A DNA stretch of 64,000 bases from Candidatus Peribacteria bacterium (lineage in GTDB: Bacteria; Patescibacteriota; Gracilibacteria; UBA1369; LOWO2-01-FULL-3), in NCBI GenBank assembly GCA_943356465.1, contig CALREX010000004.1, positions 112,448 through 176,447 of the forward strand, in the 5' to 3' direction. Shown one piece after another: positions 31,301 to 38,143 of the stretch. The notes under the pieces are model-generated. The model did no database searches. It saw only the letters and a program-made list of their open reading frames with translations, and was not told where the DNA came from. The translations under genes and the position numbers were made by a program. Every line of letters starts with the position of its first letter. Position 1 is the stretch's first letter.

Positions 31301-34097
31301 TATTTCCTGGAGCATCTTTTGGAATGATATAGTTTGTATTTTTTGAAAGCATTTTTCTGGAAATTTCAGAAAGCTTATTGCTTGCAATTCCATACTTACT
31401 GTCAGCTTCATCAAAATCATAAACTATAGTCTCTTTTACTCCGTCCTGTCCGGCTTTACCGTCTTTATCCAGCAAATCTTTCATTTCAAAATCAGCTACC
31501 CCATCATTGTCATTATCAATTCCATCAAAAAGTCCATATCTGTCAGAAAAATCTTTGAGAGTAACTATTTGATTATTAAAATTATTTACAATGATTTGTC
31601 CTGCATCAAGTTTGTCCAGATCAAGCCATGTTTCCTTCTTTCCTGGAGCTTTTGTCGGATCTTTATTGGCGATAGCCGCAGTGAAATTTTTAAAATTATT
31701 TAGCAAATGAGAATAAAATGATCCATCAGTGGTTTCCAAAGAAGGATAAGGTGTAAAACAAGAATTCAAATACGTTTCATCCAGATTTTTAAGATCAAAA
31801 TTTTCAGGGAATTGGAACATTTTCATATGATTTGAATATGTTCCAGTAAATTTTTCAGGGAAAATAAGTTGTGTATTTGGCTTAAAATGAGGCTGATTAT
31901 CCTCATAAGGCAAATCTATACTCTTAAGTCCCTTACTTCCTGCAGGATTAAGAAGAGGCATTAAAGTTTCAGGATAAAAACATCTGTCACTATTTTTTTG
32001 AGTATTCGTCATCGTACATCCGGCAGCAAGATCATTGTTTGAAAGGGGATCATACATCGTAAAAATAGCTCCCATTGTTGGATTATCAAAAACACTTGCT
32101 GGAATATCGCCTTCAAATCCAAGAATTGAAAGAAGAACATAAAGACGCGGATTTCCTAATGGAGCATAAAAATTTGTAGAATAAGTATCAGGCTCAGTAT
32201 CAGTTTTTCCTTTGGCAACAGATACGGAAAATGTAAAATTTTTATTTTGTTTTTGTCCTTCATGATAAAATTCAACACTTATATTCCCGGCTGCAGTTTT
32301 TATATCTGCACCGTGGATGTCATCGTTTGATGGCATAAGTAACTGATATCCAAGCTTCTCTATCTTACTGAAATATTTTTGATTACCCTCGTTAATGACG
32401 GATTTTACAGCATTGTAAGATTCTTCAGCGGCCTGATCCAGAGTATAAGAAGAACTGATTTCCTTGTCGTTGATTTTAGTTATTATGTCTCCTTCTTGAA
32501 GAGGACCAAAAAAATAATTTTTATAATCTATGCTTGCACGATTCGGATTTGGATAAAATGCAGGAATTCCATAATCCGGATTTGAAGCTATCACAGCACC
32601 GCTTGAAGCATTTCCATTTGTAAGTTTTTTTGCTTCATTTTCATTCAAAATCTGCGTGTTAATACCAAAGGTATGAACAGGTATTGCAGTCCTTGGATCA
32701 TCCGAACTCAGTGAACGGGTCAAAATAGAATATTCTTTGCTTCCTGGAACATATGATCCCAAATACACTCCACACTGTTTTGCATTCTGCAATAAATCAT
32801 AATTTATTCCATTCAAATAATGGCTTCCGTTAGCACCTGCGATATATTTTTCGAGATTATACCCATAGTCTATATTAGTACCACTAAAAGTAAGAGCTTG
32901 ACCTGGTTTTCCGCCAAAACTTCCTGAAAGTTTTATCTTAGTGACAAGAGGAAGGGGAGCCTGAATTTTCTCCACAATCTCATTTATTTTTTTCTCAATA
33001 GTGTCATTAAGGAATCTTAGATATGTTTTTGCATACTCATCTTTTGCCGCAACAAGTACAGCCGCAACATCTGCATCTTTTGAGCCATATCGGCCTGTAC
33101 CATCAATGAAATCATGAGCTTGTCCTATGTAGGAAGTAATCACTTTATAATACGGCAAAAGGAATTGATCGATAATCTGCTTCGAAGTAACGTCAGGCAA
33201 ATCCTTCAGAGAATCATCTGATTCTTTGACTCCAGCATCACCACTCGCATCCTTGGAAAGATCCTTTGCTAAGTACTTGTTGTATCTCATGTATGCCAAA
33301 TCTTCCCAGTACAACAAATATTTTAAATAAGATTTATAAACATCAGGATTTATAGACTCCTCTTCATGAGTAAAATCTCCATAAAATATTTTTTTATCAA
33401 AATTTGCATATTCAGGAATACCGGCATAGTACAAATGATTTTTATCAAAGAAATTTGCAAGTTCTTCCTGTCCTGCAATTCCACTAATGTCAGCTTTGAC
33501 TACTCCACCCCAGATTTCAGGCTTGGGGAAGGTCACATTCTGGTCATATTCAAAATTCAAAGTCTTCGTGTCGTATTTATAAGTTTTGTTTTCAAAGTCC
33601 GTATAGGGATACATACTTACAAATTTTTCTCCATTTTTATTAACAACAGGAAGGGGAACATTTCCTACAAGTACTACTCCTGCAAGCCTGTTTTTCTTTT
33701 TCCCGTTTCCCTTGAAATATAAATTTTCAAGTGCATTAGCCAAATCAGCAGTAGTTTGTTTATTTTTGTCGAATAACAAAATCTGAACATCGGTATATTC
33801 GTTGCTGCTTTGAAGGTCTTCTGTATAACGAACAATCCTTTCTCCCAAAGTATTCTCCTTTAGATTATCTGGATATTTATTTTTAAGTCCTGCGTAGGAA
33901 GTTAAGTCCTTATCAAGATCAGAATCAACAACTACAGTAATCAAATCATAAGTATCCTCGAAGCCGCCTGGCTTATCAGCCTTATCTATATTGGTAAGCG
34001 CATAAGCTGTGGGGGCGGACAATATTTCCGTAGACAAAAGCGCGAGTACAGTAAGCCCGCAAAAAAACTTCTGAAAATATATACGAATGAGGTTCAT
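22350..34097 (-). CDS. giant (3915 aa) secreted multi-domain surface protein with C-terminal SLH-like cell-wall anchor
   Basis: Single 11.7-kb ORF with a signal peptide (LTVLALLSTEILSAPTAYA). Motifs read along it: Asp-rich DNDNDG calcium-binding-like loop, Ig-like (Big/PKD-like) segments, FG-GAP/VCBS repeats, a DUF11-like repeat, a Cys/Gly/Pro hydrophobic module, a Pro-rich LPN/LPD periodic module, a long helical region, and three SLH-like motifs near the C-terminus. Confidence 0.9.
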   Translation of the reverse strand: MNLIRIYFQKFFCGLTVLALLSTEILSAPTAYALTNIDKADKPGGFEDTYDLITVVVDSDLDKDLTSYAGLKNKYPDNLKENTLGERIVRYTEDLQSSNEYTDVQILLFDKNKQTTADLANALENLYFKGNGKKKNRLAGVVLVGNVPLPVVNKNGEKFVSMYPYTDFENKTYKYDTKTLNFEYDQNVTFPKPEIWGGVVKADISGIAGQEELANFFDKNHLYYAGIPEYANFDKKIFYGDFTHEEESINPDVYKSYLKYLLYWEDLAYMRYNKYLAKDLSKDASGDAGVKESDDSLKDLPDVTSKQIIDQFLLPYYKVITSYIGQAHDFIDGTGRYGSKDADVAAVLVAAKDEYAKTYLRFLNDTIEKKINEIVEKIQAPLPLVTKIKLSGSFGGKPGQALTFSGTNIDYGYNLEKYIAGANGSHYLNGINYDLLQNAKQCGVYLGSYVPGSKEYSILTRSLSSDDPRTAIPVHTFGINTQILNENEAKKLTNGNASSGAVIASNPDYGIPAFYPNPNRASIDYKNYFFGPLQEGDIITKINDKEISSSYTLDQAAEESYNAVKSVINEGNQKYFSKIEKLGYQLLMPSNDDIHGADIKTAAGNISVEFYHEGQKQNKNFTFSVSVAKGKTDTEPDTYSTNFYAPLGNPRLYVLLSILGFEGDIPASVFDNPTMGAIFTMYDPLSNNDLAAGCTMTNTQKNSDRCFYPETLMPLLNPAGSKGLKSIDLPYEDNQPHFKPNTQLIFPEKFTGTYSNHMKMFQFPENFDLKNLDETYLNSCFTPYPSLETTDGSFYSHLLNNFKNFTAAIANKDPTKAPGKKETWLDLDKLDAGQIIVNNFNNQIVTLKDFSDRYGLFDGIDNDNDGVADFEMKDLLDKDGKAGQDGVKETIVYDFDEADSKYGIASNKLSEISRKMLSKNTNYIIPKDAPGNNYKADITLNVSVSAYKNKDGTDKKLSSAVIHNEPTNYTILSQVNAQSTLDLPIDNPRYVAFVSQPADKALNGNTQKIYYPNVFDTENVAQIKVKLDAVAWQIAKIPGSEILADGNKDLIAIHDAVMAKYLSPIIIDGEKDDSPDGFILNAASAQKIYDALSWRALGMDEKHNYILSRYLNPDKDGYVGDSVNGYEASYLVLNGAKDSFKTNFNSKGGLVKKADGGVEIGKTSLPGGTDQTGAGGSNSQPPNATTSKDGESDFEFVDLKDFLKDVDKFLKYFDSKPNFKPVCINPNPLDIGGKEEKKAGEQSIPDDKGLADALGGNATEFLDAVSIEMVPDSTVLVSNGQSKTKMNVIFKDKNGKKVNTYAKATIKTDDKISIDPKVDEFQNIDGIQVSSFEGSVSFDIYSKNSVGSSTISAYLIDDNFEKVNGTETAKIINIVDNLSLTLAANKYSIKAQLTKNGEIVSGYSGPIEFKVLNSTFGQFVPSAPVKMTNGSAPEAVFQPYSTAFGNAEIYVNVPGFASGSIILNIPKTQEQAQKEEEQKDTSYKYNYEKVAGFNAKSLYISLLGGDFGNPETEKNIAQGFLQNGYVQAVSAETQTPSNTKKLVAIDGYGKVDILSDDISANVLPVSDSSQNAQKISFENINTKETLAEASIAMAKDINIEATMLSDDSDYKLEKKSDGFYLTQGIDTKVKISNDGKISINDKSFELRLPLKDDTFEAHEFSLVITKDSQDFALIEFKGEKEVKFTLLSGDTKYDFASFFSRASTSEPKGLYLLDKDTLTTPFSENTGAGFKYKNKNMLYFSAGNSVGESSIPYGSEYGIIYGDPNVRVGKNWLTDLVSKFSGYTKDIGSPLFQGEDEVYKMINFDFNGDGKDDILLAYEDGHVRLLEYEGGHKKFRDKGYILNVASGIYSIAKIDSNNDGYDDLVVGPKEPCKANEKCVSLYMNNATTFERKPLNLNIDGKIYEMKGYDMNKDGCDDLVTSDASANVRIFYNKNDGKSCKGLETNYGNSFNFGYGINADTDMKNNLFVYLPGMENLSPNPDGVTQDFVEFGALDNDEFKKDNKQYKFKPISKIPEFTSSTKTALDVNGNTVASGDKIEFTITLENKSGSNLNGVMVSDLTPLTMTLQQDSLKCADTNCTDKLEWIDSGMSLRSKLIKNISVPANGKRTIKYTSTVDLIPSINFDIGYDFGGYEKDKYPDIRVRPSINPNGDIIYLYSKGIGDQYVNYEKKVIKSSGKGLGDEYDKEFKKNGLPSPKDLIKTIGTSGIPNSIKNSLTGMVQSNSADKDNNGCPDLWQTIKQLDFKSMGDSVYNAAQTFSNFKCSGGGCLPIPYNYAFLAPSGATPGYPVISFGTPNPPYFAFFLPSNSVSSVRLYISPTLTMGLGTAVCVGPTGAAGMCYATSIPPSLLGGCPNFLQDINDAVAKAKNVFVDPDIGTSTVTSNGDASTGTDAISMGNSYSSDTLPISAASKVNVRIPGFPSVITNWLDKEADEIYNKLLDFPDIYLIIPDFGQLGAKFAAAGKNFKKIKSVNDFLRAVNSIPFIQIEGKEILIKVPALTQAEIEKWKRQASLWVDFEGKEIDRVTQYWKCDENNYRKTLCDKVTVNLKSYVTSIKTLMDKLDKIAKLPSEILKLRSLETKYATQIICYMDSVMQFMGGYIKRQNKIAASWTKAIADAIKTFKNWHAIFDLSIDYEKSCNECNKSDRFSKLGLLLSLFVNIPDPPVIPLPKWPDIVFDVSQIKTGVHIVWPDIVFKPESINLPNLPTITLPEVIPDDYTLDISKIFGDTKFDIPDWIKNFPEFVMPNIPDLPNLAFPNLPDLPRPPKIPKLPDATLKIVASLKKVIKILCLLKKGLVPILETSLATEIETLTQPSAQSILPILKQFSLQMPAIQYDYVDQIKVEAKLNFGIDTSFIYYIAKLGADKMNEQTKKIVDGINKFTGLPFQTFVNNLVKKLTEAAAEKAKEAVKKGVSGVEDTTKKALDDVKDAVKKQTAIPEVFVQLNNELKIFSDEINKYVSSADLDKNYPEKFYLTATESVLKKDNPIFNKKLSDIKDLNIDSFTDYPEMEKMYAIRNSMLAYANDLNQSNNDVLSKINNYDEFMKFIAEDESKKNLFVDNTLQKIDLSVDHKQQIKGSLFTDETKEKMIALEPSDASKIDPVSADSGGAPKGFYIVADGKNESVLNYTSELGSFVNTLFIDSDGDSDKDIVLSMGGEVYLKLNYKETPKSKKGDIYVSSSNSAVSDYILKNGVNFISYYPMYEAPLCSDKEPPLPAISQTTFNVPIFQSFVLDAENSFDANGKVTEYSIEMLPFESDKKNVTQFPKLIWSDVNLSIDEDGDGNPTNDKSNPKFNIGPFVNEGDIGMHYAILNVVDASGNSSSEKITINVFAPKISLDKPLERTPIASGKVDPSLAKFPFSLMRERYVYRSVDGNLTLVPKLEKIKTSSADKDGKYKTDDDGSYNIKDFSLDDMILIEDENGKIIAKINPKTGSIGELADGYEVKINTANKSNMASTSLTIIDKNGYTEATVYIVGDANTDINSSNLYGTNVIDLNPNDGIDVKILPVDNKFNPGGATIVDSKNNILFAAIEPSGNITVLDNRLKAMKKTNDYTKDPLVMNLIVDEKVVAEVHVNNTITAKIVGAKDVPFAKTSNANTLEKSANAFVSPFADFGNLSSDLKKIANDLYEKDIIDGIKSENGVYLKPDDLVNRSQFVKILLKMLCIEPRPEAYKPYSADEAHGGFSDIQYKQPLDWFYPYIKEAALRALIDGYRGESDAKNLHPFKPENTINLAEAVKIILGALQMENVINVDKVRIGIPWYVNFMQAAQNLTKYLSQNKAIKNNFIVTTDEAKTPEKAMTRGDLFILAGRVLDVYNCFENKPIAKDTDGGGTDDATELKNGTDIFDPSDDKSQVTTEFTKKESVPGIYVVPGECNTCPCKSTISNSSMILPTDRFFTIISNKDDNYIFSKSNSIDVVK
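22660..23240 (-). other. three SLH-like (S-layer homology) motifs near the C-terminus of the giant protein
   Basis: FADFG..LYEKDIIDGIKSENGVYLKPDDLVNRSQFVKILL; FSDIQYKQPLDWFYPYIKEAALRALIDGYRG..FKPENTINLAEAVKIIL; and a weaker third motif ending in MTRGDLFILAGRVL. Confidence 0.6.
28320..28700 (-). other. FG-GAP/VCBS-type repeats (integrin-alpha-like beta-propeller blades) in the giant protein
   Basis: FDFNGDGKDDILLAYEDGHVRLL, IDSNNDGYDDLVVGP, and YDMNKDGCDDLVTSDASANVRIFYN, spaced about 50-60 aa apart. Confidence 0.65.
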
Positions 34098-34222
34098 AAA
34101 AACGGTTCTTCTAATTCAAAAATATACCATAAAAAACTCAACAAAAACAATTACCCAAAGCCAAAAAATCGACTTTTTGAAAAACTTTCAGTTGACGGAT
34201 TTTCCCAAGGTTTTTTACCACC

Positions 34223-34250
34223 AAAAAAGGCCTCCATAAGGAAGCCTTTT
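34223..34250 (-). terminator. hairpin plus U-run just downstream of the pilin gene (probable partial terminator/attenuator)
   Basis: The minus strand reads AAGGCTTCC-TTAT-GGAGGCCTT followed by TTTTGG, 23 nt after the pilin stop and about 125 nt before the giant gene start. Confidence 0.5.
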
Positions 34251-34272
34251 AGAAAGTGAGATCAGATCAGAA

Positions 34273-34788
34273 TTACTGAGTCAATATAGCATAACACCAC
34301 TCTGGAGCAGTTTCATTAGTAATCGCAGTTATAGTTCCAGCAATAGCGGCTGTACAAGTACTATTTGCTTTCTCCTTCTGCTCAACTTTAGCATAAAGTC
34401 CAAACTTATAAGAAGCGCTTGGATCTTTTTTGTAATAGTACCCACCACCATTACAAGTAGCAACAGCAGCATATACGGAATCTGTTGTCTGAGGATCGGT
34501 TGGCAACTTACCCCCAAACTCAGCTGCAAATGCAGGAATCCATGTAGTATTTGGAGCAAGATACCCAGTAGCAAGTCCGCTGGCTATACATCCAGTAGTG
34601 GAAGGATAATCCTTTCCTCCCAAATTAGCATTTACCAAAACTTTTTGTATTTTTTGTAAGTCAGCAATTCTTGCTACATCCCTTCCTTTCGCAGGTGCGC
34701 CAAGAATACTTGGTAGGAAAGCGACAGCCAAAATACCGATTATCGCAATAACAATCAAAAGCTCAATGAGGGTGAAACCTTTTTTCAT
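34273..34788 (-). CDS. type IV pilin / pseudopilin with prepilin-type N-terminal cleavage-methylation motif
   Basis: MKKGFTLIELLIVIAIIGILAV has a class III signal (G-1, F+1, E+5), followed by RDVARIADLQKI. Four Cys are consistent with two disulfides. 171 aa. Confidence 0.9.
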   Translation of the reverse strand: MKKGFTLIELLIVIAIIGILAVAFLPSILGAPAKGRDVARIADLQKIQKVLVNANLGGKDYPSTTGCIASGLATGYLAPNTTWIPAFAAEFGGKLPTDPQTTDSVYAAVATCNGGGYYYKKDPSASYKFGLYAKVEQKEKANSTCTAAIAGTITAITNETAPEWCYAILTQ

Positions 34789-34830
34789 AGGAAAATGAGT
34801 TAAATTTAAATAAAGGAATTTCTATTCACA

Positions 34831-34859
34831 AGCATAGTCTCAGTGCAAAAAAAATTCAA
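34831..34859 (-). promoter_or_regulatory. candidate internal promoter for the pilin gene
   Basis: The minus strand reads TTGAAT (34859-34854), a 17-bp spacer, then TATGCT (34836-34831), in the 78-bp gap between pilC and the pilin gene. Confidence 0.3.
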
Positions 34860-34866
34860 GATTATT

Positions 34867-36138
34867 TTATATTGCACCAGCGATATTTGAAAGTTTCATG
34901 ATTGGAAGCATGATCGCGGCAACAACAGTTCCTACTGTAACACCAATGAAAATCAAGATTACAGGTTCTATGATTTTTGAAATTCCTGCAACAGCAGTAT
35001 CCAGTTCATTTTCATAAAAATCCGCAACTTTCGCCATGATTTCATCAAGTTGAGCAGTCTTTTCTCCTACATCAATCATGCTGATCAGCATTGGAGGAAA
35101 AAGATCATTGTCATTTAGATTTTCAGCCAATGGAATACCTTGTTTTATGTCTTCCATCGCAAGGAGAAGCTTTTTTCTGAATACTTCATTCCCGATAGAA
35201 TTCGCCGTAATTTCCATAGTTTTCACTATAGAAATATTACTGTCCAAAAGATTACTCAAAGATCTGGCAAATCTCGCAAGATAAGCCTCTCTGAATAATT
35301 TTCCGAAAATAGGTATTGAAATCTTTGTTTTATCAATCGCATATTTTCCAAAATCAGTTTTACTGATAAGCATATAAGCTCCAACCAAAAGCAAAATACC
35401 GGCAACTAAAATAAATTTTTGATTTATGAAAAAATCACTCAATGCAACTACAATTTTTGTAATCAAAGGAAGCTCGGCTCCACTGGAAGTGAAAAGTTCC
35501 TGCAATTTTGGTATTACAAGTACCAACATGGCGATAACAACACCTATAAGCAAAGTAAAAACCACAGTAGGGTACATCATTGCGCCTTTTACTTTACCTG
35601 TAATAGCATGAGCTTTTTCAACATCTTTAGCCAGATTATCCAAAACTCTGGAAAGCTGTCCCGAAGCCTCTCCGGACTCAATCATTCCGATTTCCTGATC
35701 TGCAAAAATTTCTGGATAAGTCAGCATGGATTCAGACAAACTTTGTCCTGATTCGATATCACTCGCAATACCATTTATAACCATTTGAAGTTTTGGTTCG
35801 TTTGCACTCTGCGTAATAAGTGAATGCAAAGCCTTAACCATGGGCATTCCGGCATTTATCATAACTGAAAGAAGATGATAAAACGTAGCTTTTGCCTCAA
35901 GACTTATAGAAGAATGACTTATAAAATAATAATTTATCTTTCTGAAAGTATCGACTATAGGATTTCCGGTAAGAGAAACTTCACCAAAAGTTCTCTTTTC
36001 AAGTGTTATAATTCCGGTCTTATCTTCTTGAATATTCAAAACCACATTTTCGGCTTTATTTAGAGCCTTTTTGCCACTGGAAAGTTTGAATGATTCAGTT
36101 CCTTCGGTAGCGAAATTTGTTTTTGCAGTTTCTGCCAT
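34867..36138 (-). CDS. pilC: type IV pilus platform protein PilC (GspF family)
   Basis: Two GspF-type repeats with three TM segments (e.g. MMYPTVVFTLLIGVVIAMLVLVIPKL, IIEPVILIFIGVTVGTVVAAIMLPI). 423 aa. 1-nt gap after pilB. Confidence 0.9.
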   Translation of the reverse strand: MAETAKTNFATEGTESFKLSSGKKALNKAENVVLNIQEDKTGIITLEKRTFGEVSLTGNPIVDTFRKINYYFISHSSISLEAKATFYHLLSVMINAGMPMVKALHSLITQSANEPKLQMVINGIASDIESGQSLSESMLTYPEIFADQEIGMIESGEASGQLSRVLDNLAKDVEKAHAITGKVKGAMMYPTVVFTLLIGVVIAMLVLVIPKLQELFTSSGAELPLITKIVVALSDFFINQKFILVAGILLLVGAYMLISKTDFGKYAIDKTKISIPIFGKLFREAYLARFARSLSNLLDSNISIVKTMEITANSIGNEVFRKKLLLAMEDIKQGIPLAENLNDNDLFPPMLISMIDVGEKTAQLDEIMAKVADFYENELDTAVAGISKIIEPVILIFIGVTVGTVVAAIMLPIMKLSNIAGAI

Positions 36139-36139
36139 T

Positions 36140-37540
36140 TTATTCTGATTTACGTGCTACACGATATACTTCTTCAATAGTTGTTTTACCTTGAAGAGCC
36201 TTCACAATACCTGCCTGTTCAAGAGTGACCATGCCGTTTTCCTGAGCAGCTGCTTGTATATCAATCATACTGCCATTATCAGAAAGCAATTTTCTGATTT
36301 TATTATTCATTCTTAATACTTCATAAAGACCTATACGTCCTTGATATCCGATATGATTACATTCATCACATCCTACAGCATCATAAAATTTCATACCTTT
36401 AAGAAGTTCGGGTTCTATTTCTCCTTCAGCCTTCATTTCTGACATAGCCTTTTTTATCATCTCTAGAGTTTCCGGACTGACTACAGCCTCTTTTTTACAC
36501 TTTTGACAAACTTGCCTTACAAGTCTTTGTGCGATGATAAGTTCCAGAGAAGATATTAAAAGATATGGCTGTATACCCATATTTATAAGACGAGTCAAAG
36601 ATTCAACGGCGCTATTCGTATGAAGTGTTGAAAACACGAGATGTCCTGTAAGTGAAGCTTCAATAGCTGTATCAGCAGTTTCTTTGTCACGTATTTCTCC
36701 AACCATTATAATATTTGGATCTTGACGAAGTGCGGCCCTCATCCCCATCGCAAATGAATAATTGATGTCATGATGAACCTGACTTTGATTAAGGCCATCA
36801 AGCTGAATTTCCACCGGATCCTCAATAGTAAGAATATTTACATCAGTAGTGTTTAATTTACTTAGACAAGAATAAAGAGTGGTCGTCTTACCTGATCCGG
36901 TAGGACCTGTGTTTATAATAATTCCATTTGGGGCGGAAAGAGCGGCAGTAAGATTTTTGAGTGATGTTCCTGTGATTCCAAGTTCTGAAAGATCCGGAAT
37001 TTTTCTGGATTTATCCTGTATACGCATAACGATCTTTTCCCCGTTTACAGTAGGTAAAGTTGAAACACGGAGATCCATCTGTTTTCCTTCTTTTGTTGTA
37101 ACATCCGCACGTCCATCTTGAGGAATACGTTGTTCGTCAATTTTCAAATTCGACATGATTTTTATTCTCGAAACAACCGCAGGATGCAGATTTGTAGGAT
37201 ATTCAACTACATGTCGTAAAACTCCATCAATTCTATATCTCAAACGAACCCTGTTTTGTAGAGGTTCGATATGTATATCACTGGATCTCAAATCAAGTGC
37301 ATACGAAATCGCAAGCATAACCATTTGTGGAATGTTTGCGGCCAAAATAGCATCCTTCAGCTGTTTTAGCTTTTCGCTTTCAGGTGGTTGAGTAGCATCT
37401 TTGACTGGAGGAGCCACTACAGCAGTGACAGGTGCAACAACAGGAGCAGCCTGCAAAGGTTGTGGCTGGGTCACGACTGGAGTTACTGTAGGAACCGGTT
37501 GTTGATTGTTTGTATTATCCACTTTATCTGAAATATGCAT
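36140..37540 (-). CDS. pilB: type IV pilus assembly ATPase PilB (GspE family)
   Basis: SDIHIEP, Walker A GPTGSGKTTT, Asp box, Walker B IIMVGEIRD, His box TGHLVFSTLHTN, and a tetracysteine CQKC...CDEC. The N-terminus is a P/V/T/Q low-complexity tract. Confidence 0.9.
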   Translation of the reverse strand: MHISDKVDNTNNQQPVPTVTPVVTQPQPLQAAPVVAPVTAVVAPPVKDATQPPESEKLKQLKDAILAANIPQMVMLAISYALDLRSSDIHIEPLQNRVRLRYRIDGVLRHVVEYPTNLHPAVVSRIKIMSNLKIDEQRIPQDGRADVTTKEGKQMDLRVSTLPTVNGEKIVMRIQDKSRKIPDLSELGITGTSLKNLTAALSAPNGIIINTGPTGSGKTTTLYSCLSKLNTTDVNILTIEDPVEIQLDGLNQSQVHHDINYSFAMGMRAALRQDPNIIMVGEIRDKETADTAIEASLTGHLVFSTLHTNSAVESLTRLINMGIQPYLLISSLELIIAQRLVRQVCQKCKKEAVVSPETLEMIKKAMSEMKAEGEIEPELLKGMKFYDAVGCDECNHIGYQGRIGLYEVLRMNNKIRKLLSDNGSMIDIQAAAQENGMVTLEQAGIVKALQGKTTIEEVYRVARKSE

Positions 37541-38141
37541 TAATTTGTACCGAGAAATTTATGATTTCCTCTTTTTTACCGGAAAGATCACTGTTATTTT
37601 CAAAATTTAATCTCACTGAAGAAACATCCATAAGTCTCACTTTGTCAGCCAAAGATCCGGAAGTTTCTATGTAATGCAGAAATTTTTCAAAATTAGCCTT
37701 AGAGCTCCTTATGCTCATTCTAAGGGGCAAAATTGAGTAATTATCTTTTTTTACAACGCTTTGATATTCGATATTTGAAACTTCAAAAACACTATCTTTG
37801 GTAGAAAGCTTTTGCTCGAATGTATCAAATTTTCTTGTAAGTTCAGTATAAGCATCAGAGGAAGGAAATACTTCTATAAGATTTGCTTCTATTTCGGATT
37901 TTAGTTGATTTATAGAATTTTTTTTGGATTCGAATAAAGCTTTTTCATTTGCCCCTTGTTCCTTTAGAGCGGCAATATACGAAGTGTTTTTATCAACAAA
38001 AGTAGTTATTGTTGAATACTCCTGCCATTTTGTATAAGTAAAAAATCCGAATGCTATCAACAAAATTCCACATAAGATGGCATAAGACTTTACTTGAGCA
38101 TCTTCCCTTTTTGTAGCTAGTAAATAAGATAGATTTGGCAT
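37524..38141 (-). CDS. PilO-like bitopic membrane protein (205 aa)
   Basis: Short cytoplasmic N-terminus, one TM (SYAILCGILLIAFGFFTY), a coiled-coil, then a ~100-aa domain. Its position is immediately upstream of pilB, overlapping it by 17 nt. Assignment rests on topology and context only. Confidence 0.45.
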   Translation of the reverse strand: MPNLSYLLATKREDAQVKSYAILCGILLIAFGFFTYTKWQEYSTITTFVDKNTSYIAALKEQGANEKALFESKKNSINQLKSEIEANLIEVFPSSDAYTELTRKFDTFEQKLSTKDSVFEVSNIEYQSVVKKDNYSILPLRMSIRSSKANFEKFLHYIETSGSLADKVRLMDVSSVRLNFENNSDLSGKKEEIINFSVQINAYFR

Positions 38142-38143
38142 AA

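Noticed and set aside
22417-33722. About 17 plus-strand ORFs of 60-143 aa inside the giant gene
   Set aside because: All are antisense to one continuous 3915-codon ORF. Their translations are F/I/S/C-rich low complexity, typical of the reverse strand of AT-rich coding DNA.
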